64,000 nucleotides of DNA from positions 18,382 to 82,381 of the forward strand of contig CAKSAJ010000008.1 in assembly GCA_934435195.1 (NCBI GenBank), in the 5' to 3' direction. The position numbers and the translations under genes were made by a program. The DNA comes from an uncultured Schaedlerella sp. (GTDB lineage: Bacteria > Bacillota > Clostridia > Lachnospirales > Lachnospiraceae). Below the pieces are notes generated by a model. That model did no database searches. It was not told the origin of the DNA and was given only the letters and a program-made list of their open reading frames with translations. Numbering within the stretch: position 1 is the stretch's first letter; the number at the start of each line of letters is the position of its first letter. Below are positions 57,590-64,000 of this stretch, piece after piece.

Positions 57590-58209
57590 TGTCAGAAAGA
57601 AGAAAAAATGTAACAAAGGGAATCATCGTTGTGGGGATCATGTTACTGTTATTGTCTACGATGTTTTTGTCACCAAAACTGGAAGAAACGGTGCAAAGAA
57701 ATGCAGACAAAGTACAGGAAGAAAATAAGATAGAAAGCGGTGAAGAGGATGAGCAGAAGCAGACATGGTCTGGCGAGCAGGTACAGGGAAAGTCTGATAA
57801 TCTGAAGGAAAAGAATCGCCAAGAAAAAGTAGAAGCCGATGCGAAAGAAAGAGAGGAAAAAATAGATAGTGTGACTGTGACATATGAGCGAACGGGAGAT
57901 GCTGCAGGAGTTGAGATAATCCGGGAAAATGAAGACAATTTGAAAGTATTTCTTGCGGAGAAAGGTTCGGGAAATGGGGTGAAGCAAGGAGGTGAAAGTC
58001 AGTATTCAGAAATTCAGGCAACAATCAAAAATGTAGTAGATAAAGGTGGATATGTGACTTTTGTATGTAATTTCAAGGGAACGGATGTGTCTATGGTTTA
58101 CTATAAAGATTCCGGACAATTCGCATTTCAGGAAGCAGATCTTGAACCGGGGAGGACAAACAACTATCAGGTTGTAGGTGAGGATAATAAGGAGAAACTT
58201 GATTGTTGA
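57590..58209 (+). CDS. Hypothetical secreted/membrane-anchored protein
   Basis: MSERRKNVTKGIIVVGIMLLLLSTMFLS signal anchor with SD gaaaggagaag. Acidic, K/E-rich. Confidence 0.4.
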
Positions 58210-58327
58210 AATGTGTTTCGTATAAGTGAGAAGCGTGATATAATTTTATATAAATTATCAGGTTTGTGAGGATAATTCGAATATTACTGAATCGATATAT
58301 TTGTGAAATTAGAGATTAGGAGATAAA

Positions 58328-59572
58328 ATGAGTGAAAGATATGGAAAGATAAAAAATGGCAAGTTGATATTAGCGCCACTGTTAATAAATAGGGATGATT
58401 CTATTATAGTTCAGAACAATGCGTTGTATATTGAAAAAGGGTACAAAAAATTATTGTATACAACACCACCAGAGAATAGAGAAGGGTATAATTTAGTAAA
58501 TGACTGGGAGGAACAACAGGATTTAATAGTGCAAAAATGGGATTATAAGGAAATTGGTGACGACTATTCTGGTGAATTGTTAGTTGCAGTTAGAAAGTTT
58601 AATTGGAGTGTTAGTGATTTAAAACGTGAGATTAAAGCAAATTATGATTCTAATGAAAAATGCAAAGAGGATTTATTAAAAAGAAATAGACTTATTAAAT
58701 TAATATACGAACATAAAAAAGAGGAAATTACAACAGGACAATTGTTAGAACACTTATCTGTGTTTGATTTAGATTTGGGACGGTTCTTCGATTGGCTTCA
58801 AATGAAAGAAACTCTAGAAAAGATGAATTATATTATAATAGAAGGATGTTTATTTTATATTTCTGATGAATTAAAAGATTTTGAAGCTAAGGCGTTTATG
58901 GAGACAGAATTAACAAAGTTGTCAGATAAACAACGTAAAATTTTTAATAAGAACATGATTATGCCGCAGTACTTTAAAAGGAATTTATCAATGCTGCATT
59001 CTTATGAAACCCATAGTACAAATAGTAATAGAATAATGTATAATATGTCATTCATATATTTATTTACATTATTTGATGAAGTGCTTTTGAAAATTATTCG
59101 TATAATATGTATGCATGAAAAAAAATGGCTGATTAGTAATGGAAATCTGTCAGCTGAAGAAATACTGAAATGCGATACAACAGATGAACTGCATATGTTG
59201 CTCGTAGAGAAAAAGGTAAATGAATTAGCATGGGGAAGTTACTCTGACAAGTTAACTTTTTTACAGGATAGAGGTATAAAAATTGATACAGAGCATATAA
59301 AATTATTTAACGATATAATTTTGTATTTATCTATAAGACGAAATGTCTTAGTTCATAATGAGGGGATTTGGAATCAGGCCGCAAAAAACTTGCTAAAAGG
59401 AACAGATTACTATCAAAAAGTTGCAGTAGACAAATCGATTGAACGTACTTATGAAAGTTTTGAAGAAGCATGTGATTATATCGAATCAGCAATTACGTAT
59501 CTTTATAATCAGTTGTGTGATAAGTTTAGGTTTTTACATAAGTACAACTTTCTAAAAAATGATAACAGTTAG
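58328..59572 (+). CDS. Hypothetical cargo protein with C-terminal HEPN-like Rx4H motif (candidate RNase-type defence/abortive-infection effector)
   Basis: AT-rich gene (GC well below the element average). C-terminal helical region contains LSIRRNVLVHNEG (R-x4-H) in the position expected for a HEPN active site. No other domain recognised. Confidence 0.35.
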   Translation: MSERYGKIKNGKLILAPLLINRDDSIIVQNNALYIEKGYKKLLYTTPPENREGYNLVNDWEEQQDLIVQKWDYKEIGDDYSGELLVAVRKFNWSVSDLKREIKANYDSNEKCKEDLLKRNRLIKLIYEHKKEEITTGQLLEHLSVFDLDLGRFFDWLQMKETLEKMNYIIIEGCLFYISDELKDFEAKAFMETELTKLSDKQRKIFNKNMIMPQYFKRNLSMLHSYETHSTNSNRIMYNMSFIYLFTLFDEVLLKIIRIICMHEKKWLISNGNLSAEEILKCDTTDELHMLLVEKKVNELAWGSYSDKLTFLQDRGIKIDTEHIKLFNDIILYLSIRRNVLVHNEGIWNQAAKNLLKGTDYYQKVAVDKSIERTYESFEEACDYIESAITYLYNQLCDKFRFLHKYNFLKNDNS

Positions 59573-59865
59573 TTCAATTATCTAACGGGTATTATATTAA
59601 TTGAGGAAATTGTTAGTTTATATATGCAAATAATTTAAAAAATTCCAAATTGTGTGAACGATACCCCCCCCAGTTTGTAGAACAAATTTATAATTACATC
59701 ACTTGAAAAATGAATATGGTGCGAATTGAATTAGAAGAAAAAGTAAAATCCCAGTCTGTCGAGCTTGGAATTTGAATTTGCTAAAGGAGTGGAAAAGTGT
59801 AAAATTAAGAAATCAATAGATGATTATGGCAATAAATAAAAACGCTTGAAAAGAGATGGTGACAA

Positions 59866-60345
59866 ATGAAGAGGCAACAAGAAGACTACTGGTTAATAAA
59901 AGAGTGGGCTCAGGAATTCCGTAATGGACTGGAATATATTCGCAATAATAGATTATATGGAAGTCTGAGAATGTTTGCTAATTTTCCTGATGATTGCTGT
60001 GGATATACAAGTGATTTGCTTGCTCAATATTTACTGGAAAAAGGAATTGATCGACTTCGTATCCAGTTCGTACGAAGTATATCTGATATAAATGATTATA
60101 CACATTGTTGGTTGATGATAGATGAAGAATATTTTCTCGATATTACAGCAGATCAGTTTAATGGTAAAAAATACTTCAAAAAGTACGGAACCATAGAAGA
60201 ATGCATTCTAGTAGAGAGAAATAGTGGATTTTACGAGGTGTTTGAAAAAAATAATGAATTCCTTCGTGATTTTGGAATTGATTCAAGATCTAATATGTAT
60301 GAATTAGAGACAATTTATGAAGAAACATTAAAATATATTGCTTAA
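59866..60345 (+). CDS. Hypothetical protein, possible transglutaminase-like/papain-fold cysteine protease (Cys-His-Asp order)
   Basis: CCGYTSDLL ... THCWLMIDEEYFLDITADQF gives a C...H...D arrangement compatible with a transglutaminase-like core. Weak. Confidence 0.3.
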   Translation: MKRQQEDYWLIKEWAQEFRNGLEYIRNNRLYGSLRMFANFPDDCCGYTSDLLAQYLLEKGIDRLRIQFVRSISDINDYTHCWLMIDEEYFLDITADQFNGKKYFKKYGTIEECILVERNSGFYEVFEKNNEFLRDFGIDSRSNMYELETIYEETLKYIA

Positions 60346-60374
60346 ACCTGAATTATCATGAATAATTCAGGTTT
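60344..60374. terminator. 13-bp inverted repeat hairpin (aaacctgaattat-catga-ataattcaggttt), possible terminator
   Basis: Perfect stem overlapping the stop of the upstream gene. No strong T-tract. Confidence 0.4.
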
Positions 60375-60543
60375 AAGGTGGATTCTCTTTACATTAAATT
60401 TAATAGTGACGAAATTATGCAAACTATTCGTTTGATTTATCAAATGAATAGTATGTTTCTATGTTTAGCAAGAGATTCTAATCCACAACAAAAATCCAGC
60501 TTGAGAGTGCAAACCATTATGAATTTCGAAGGGAGAACGAGCC

Positions 60544-60734
60544 ATGTATCAATATGAATATGAAACGGTAAGCTGTGATTTGGTTCTGGAAATATTTACA
60601 GCATTGAGGATTATCGCTCAATTATAAGCGAAAGAGCTAAAGAAGGATGGAGATATGTTGGATGTATACCTACAAAGCAACGAGGAACGGGACACATTCA
60701 AGAGATGGATCTAATTTTTGAGAAAGAATTATAA
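60544..60734 (+). pseudogene. DUF4177-family small protein interrupted by a frameshift
   Basis: Frame A gives MYQYEYETVSCDLVLEIFTALRIIAQL*. A second frame continues FGSGNIYSIEDYRSIISERAKEGWRYVGCIPTKQRGTGHIQEMDLIFEKEL*. Joined, they match the ~63-aa DUF4177 pattern (MyEYk.v....g.....dyeeiineyAkeGWrlvqi.....g......ELIFEre.). The shift is near 60581-60590. Confidence 0.45.
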
Positions 60735-60763
60735 GAATAGAAGCAAAAAGAAGGAGCGTGCAA

Positions 60764-62404
60764 ATGACCTATACAAATTGTATTACTGTTTACCGAGGCG
60801 ATGAAATTCCCAAAACGCCCTACAAGAAGAAAAGAGATTGCTATCAGCAATTAAATGATTATATGCTGCAGGAAACTCCTCCAATTGGAAAAATCTGTGC
60901 AATTTATGGATTAAGAAGAACTGGAAAATCGGTCATGATGCTGCAGTGTATTGATGAAATGTCAGAAGTACAAAGAAGTAGGAGTGTATACTTGTTGTGT
61001 CAGCAGGGATGCGACATGTATCAACTGCGATTGATTCTGGATTCATTGCTGAAAGAAGGTATTCGGAATTTCTTTATCGATGAAATAACAGAAGTAGAAG
61101 ATTTTCAAGTATATGGAAACATACTGTCAGATGGTTATACATTGAAGGGAGCTAAAATTGCAATTGCGGGAACGGATTCTTTGGGAATCCGACTTGCCGG
61201 GATGGATATTCTGTATGACCGGATGGTAATCATTCATACGTCACGGATTTCTTATGCTGAATTTTCACGGTTGCTGGATGGTAAGGGAATTGAGCAGTAT
61301 ATTGAGTACGGCGGAACCTTAACAGACAGTCAGTATAAGACGATACAGGCAAGAGATGATTATGTGAATACTGCAATCGTGACCAATATTTTACATTCAC
61401 TGGAAAAGAATGAAGAGGTTCGTAATTATCATCCGGTATTGACAGAGCTATACGAGAATAAGGAATTGGTGTCTGTGCTTAATAAAATGATCAATAAGTA
61501 CAGTTATTATGTTACATTGAAGGCAATCAATAAATGTTTTAAGAGTGCACCGTTATATTCTACTATTCATAATATGGATGGGCAGTTTGCAGTAGAAAAC
61601 ATTGATGCCGAGAAGGTAAATCTGGCAACAAAGAAGGCTCTTCATATAAGAGATCTAGATGAGATGGAAACAAGTTTGAAACCGGACGATTTGGACGAGT
61701 TGAAAACATATCTGAAGGAGTTGGATTTGTTTCTTCAGATTCCTTGTTATAAGTCCTTAACAAAAATGCAGCGAGGCAGAGATTTGGAAATTGTTACCCA
61801 GCCGGGAATGATTTACGCACATGCATCTGAACTAATGAAAGTTTTATCTGCAGATGAATATTGGAGCGAGACATGCGAGATTGATGATCGGAAAGAATTT
61901 AAAAAGCGGGCAGACAATTTTGTGAAAGGAATTCTTCTGGAAAACATTATTCTTTCTGAGACATATATTTGGCTGCAGAGTATCGACGCTGAGAGATATT
62001 ATGTTTCGCAGCTGAGTACAATTCTCCCGGAAAGTATGCAGCAAGTGGAAGCAGATTTGATTATCGTTGATACAGAAACAGAGGAGGCACATCTGTTTGA
62101 AATCAAGTTTTCTGACCAGCAGGTGGAGGAGCAGACAAAACATTTACAGAATTCGGAATTTATAGCTTATGTAGATCGGAATTTTGGAAAAGTAAAATCA
62201 AGAACTGTAATTTACAACGGGGCAGATGTAGAAGCATTTGGTGTCAAATATCAGAATGCAGAAACATTTTTATGCCGAATTCATGAAATGAAACTGGACA
62301 AGAAAGTTGAACTTGAAAGGCTGATTGCATTCTCAGAGAATGTCAGCAGAACAACAGAAAAAAGTGTGAAGAAGATCAAAAAAGAAATGGGTCCGAAATT
62401 ATAA
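60764..62404 (+). CDS. AAA_14 + DUF4143 family predicted ATPase
   Basis: Walker A YGLRRTGKSVMM, Walker B NFFIDEIT, and a C-terminal DUF4143-like region. SD aaggag 7 nt before the ATG at 60764. Confidence 0.65.
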   Translation: MTYTNCITVYRGDEIPKTPYKKKRDCYQQLNDYMLQETPPIGKICAIYGLRRTGKSVMMLQCIDEMSEVQRSRSVYLLCQQGCDMYQLRLILDSLLKEGIRNFFIDEITEVEDFQVYGNILSDGYTLKGAKIAIAGTDSLGIRLAGMDILYDRMVIIHTSRISYAEFSRLLDGKGIEQYIEYGGTLTDSQYKTIQARDDYVNTAIVTNILHSLEKNEEVRNYHPVLTELYENKELVSVLNKMINKYSYYVTLKAINKCFKSAPLYSTIHNMDGQFAVENIDAEKVNLATKKALHIRDLDEMETSLKPDDLDELKTYLKELDLFLQIPCYKSLTKMQRGRDLEIVTQPGMIYAHASELMKVLSADEYWSETCEIDDRKEFKKRADNFVKGILLENIILSETYIWLQSIDAERYYVSQLSTILPESMQQVEADLIIVDTETEEAHLFEIKFSDQQVEEQTKHLQNSEFIAYVDRNFGKVKSRTVIYNGADVEAFGVKYQNAETFLCRIHEMKLDKKVELERLIAFSENVSRTTEKSVKKIKKEMGPKL

Positions 62405-62777
62405 ATACAGATGACAAAGAGTGGCATATATGTGCTGCTCTTTCTGTTTTCTGTGGAGAATGCGGTAGATTATAATATGCAGATAATAACGGATACCATA
62501 CCGAAAAAGGGTCTTAGGGAATTTTCCTAACAAGGATGTGAAATGTTAACATTTTGCGTATCTTGCAAATCGCAAGTAGGCGATTTAGATGGATAAGATG
62601 AGAAAAGATGTAAAAATGGAGTGGAAAAGATTTTGAAATGACAGACAAAATACTTATAAAAATGTATTGATAGAATATGAAGAAGGGGTGATGATACAGG
62701 TTTGAAAAACCAGTAAGACATCAATGAAATATTAGAGCCATTGTTGGAAGTATCATGAAAGAAGAAAGGAACATAGG

Positions 62778-63023
62778 ATGAAAACAGAAAGAACACATCT
62801 TGCATCTAAAAAGCATCATAGGAAGCAAATAGATATGGAATGGGTATATAAAGAATTGGATGGAGGGAGAACAATCAAAAGTGTGGCAGCAGAACTGCAA
62901 ATCAGTGTATCAACGTTGCGGCGAAGACATTCGGAATATCAACAACGCATCAAAACAGAGAATGCCAAAAAAGTGGAATATTTTGAAGGTTATGAAAATC
63001 AGGATCATACATTTGAGTTTTAA
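62778..63023 (+). CDS. Small HTH-domain protein (transposase-OrfA/excisionase-like regulator)
   Basis: MEWVYKELDGGRTIKSVAAELQISVSTLRRRHSEY resembles the HTH of IS3-family OrfA or small regulators. No catalytic partner ORF nearby. Confidence 0.45.
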   Translation: MKTERTHLASKKHHRKQIDMEWVYKELDGGRTIKSVAAELQISVSTLRRRHSEYQQRIKTENAKKVEYFEGYENQDHTFEF

Positions 63024-63217
63024 AAGGATTGGAAGAGAAATCAGCGTGAAAGAAAGTAGTTCGAACTCGCGTTGACAGAACAGGTGTACCTAAAGTAACC
63101 TAGATAGGAAAAAGCAGGTTTGCTATACTATAATTAGAAAAAATAAGGGAAACGAAAAAAAGAGTGTCGCTGTGGCATTCTTTTTTTGTTACCCATTTTA
63201 AGGAGATGATGAGAAAA

Positions 63218-63634
63218 ATGGCGAAGCGGGAGTGCATTGTCGGTGTCCGTTTTGACGAGCAGGAACTGGATTTTTTGAAGAAAAGGGCACTGCAGGAGAA
63301 GAAGTATTGTTTCCGAAATGGCAGTGCGAATCTTCCCGGATATATCCGAAGCTGCATTTTAGAGCAGTCTGGATGGAAAAGGGAAACGTATGCAAAGGAG
63401 GTGAAGGAACTAACATATCAGATCCGGAAGGTCGGTGTGAATATCAACCAGGTAACTGCGAAAATCAACAGTGGATACCGAGAACGGGATGATGTCCGAA
63501 TACTGCAGGAGAATCAAAATCAGATTGAGCAGAGATTGAAGGATTTATTGAAGAAACTGGAGGAAGAACATGGCCGTAACAAAACTGATGCATATCAAGC
63601 AGGGGAAGAGGGGTGGGGGAAGACATCTGTATAA
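63218..63634 (+). CDS. mobC: MobC-family relaxosome accessory protein
   Basis: RECIVGVRFDEQELDFLKKRALQE...LPGYIRSCIL...EVKELTYQIRKVGVNINQVTAKINSG fits the Bac_mob/MobC motif (rvtpeE...gr.vNq.a...n). Overlaps the start of the relaxase. Confidence 0.6.
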   Translation: MAKRECIVGVRFDEQELDFLKKRALQEKKYCFRNGSANLPGYIRSCILEQSGWKRETYAKEVKELTYQIRKVGVNINQVTAKINSGYRERDDVRILQENQNQIEQRLKDLLKKLEEEHGRNKTDAYQAGEEGWGKTSV

Positions 63635-64000
63635 TTCCATACGGTATGTCTTGAATAAAAAGAAGACAAGAGATGGTCTTCTGGTTGGAGGAAACGTGGG
63701 AACCGAACCAGAAGATGTCCATCGGGTGATGATGGATACCAAAGCTGATTGGGATAAACCGGACGGCAGACAAGGGTATCATTTTGTCTTAAGCTTTAAG
63801 CCGGGAGAAACAGATGAGCAGACGGCATATGATGTGGTGTGGGAATTCTGTGAGGAATATCTAGGTGATAATTACGAGTATGTTTTTTCAATCCATAATG
63901 ATCACGACCATCTGCATGGGCACATTGTATTCAATTCGGTGAATCGTGTGGATGGTTACAAGTACCGGTATGAGAAAGGAGACTGGGAAAAGTATATTCA
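63570..64000 (+). CDS. MOB-family relaxase (Relaxase/Mobilisation nuclease domain), N-terminal part; continues beyond window
   Basis: Open frame from ATG 63570 to the window end: MAVTKLMHIKQGKRGGGRHLYNSIRYVLNKKKT...GYHFVLSFKPGE...HNDHDHLHGHIVFNSVN, containing the relaxase histidine triad HxDxxHxH. Absent from the ORF track because it has no stop inside the window. Confidence 0.75.
   Translation, partial: MAVTKLMHIKQGKRGGGRHLYNSIRYVLNKKKTRDGLLVGGNVGTEPEDVHRVMMDTKADWDKPDGRQGYHFVLSFKPGETDEQTAYDVVWEFCEEYLGDNYEYVFSIHNDHDHLHGHIVFNSVNRVDGYKYRYEKGDWEKYI

Larger units (their letters stand above)
37600..64000 (+). mobile_element. Integrated conjugative element or integrated conjugative plasmid (partial; right end beyond window)
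   Basis: Co-directional block of ParA/ParB, a RepA_N initiator with iterons, a sortase/pilin cluster, VirB2/3/4/6-like T4SS proteins, a cell-wall hydrolase, cargo, MobC and a MOB relaxase. Begins right after the housekeeping rpsR terminator. Confidence 0.65.

Noticed and set aside
60764-62404. 548-aa ATPase as the missing T4SS coupling protein
   Set aside because: Walker A context (GLRRTGKS) and architecture fit AAA_14/DUF4143, not VirD4/TraG. No N-terminal TM anchor.
62778-63023. Small HTH ORF as the orfA of an insertion sequence
   Set aside because: No adjacent DDE or catalytic orfB and no terminal inverted repeats seen. Kept as a small regulator.
1-64000. tRNA/rRNA genes and CRISPR arrays
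   Set aside because: Scanned intergenic regions of 100 bp or more for cloverleaf-compatible segments, GGTTCGAATCC-type T-arms and repeat-spacer periodicity. None found.

Overview
This 64-kb window looks like a low-GC Firmicutes (Clostridia/Lachnospiraceae-like) chromosome with three blocks. All calls are by eye from the six-frame ORF track and the raw sequence; no homology searches or folding programs could be run. (1) 1-17.4 kb is a carbohydrate-utilisation locus: a solute-binding-protein fragment, a YesM/YesN-type two-component pair, a mannose-family PTS EIIB/IIC/IID, GH88, a HAD phosphatase, GH43, GH36, then AraC, KduI and KduD. AraC-KduI-KduD is bracketed by two divergent Rpn-family putative transposase genes. 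(2) 17.4-37.5 kb is an accessory/housekeeping mosaic containing: a HipA-like kinase with an HTH-bearing partner and two palindromic operators; thiW-thiC behind a TPP riboswitch; a YitT membrane protein; an LRR / DUF2201-VWA / AAA-ATPase trio; a LUD protein; a cargo block (XRE regulator, zinc-ribbon/TM2 proteins, SPFH-DUF4339 protein) flanked by ~36-bp imperfect direct repeats; a candidate type I toxin-antitoxin cassette; an Abi_2 abortive-infection gene; and sortase B-DUF951-rpsF-ssb-rpsR. (3) 37.5 kb to the window end is a partial integrated conjugative element or integrated conjugative plasmid. It carries ParA/ParB, a RepA_N initiator with internal iterons, a sortase-dependent pilin/adhesin cluster, VirB2/3/4/6-like T4SS proteins, a glucosaminidase+CHAP cell-wall hydrolase, an AT-rich cargo island (HEPN-like protein, transglutaminase-like protein, frameshifted DUF4177, AAA_14/DUF4143 ATPase), MobC and a relaxase running off the window edge. 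The most novel candidates are the HipA-like/HTH two-gene module, the small hydrophobic peptide with long-range 5'/3' UTR pairing, and the repeat-flanked zinc-ribbon/TM2/SPFH cluster.
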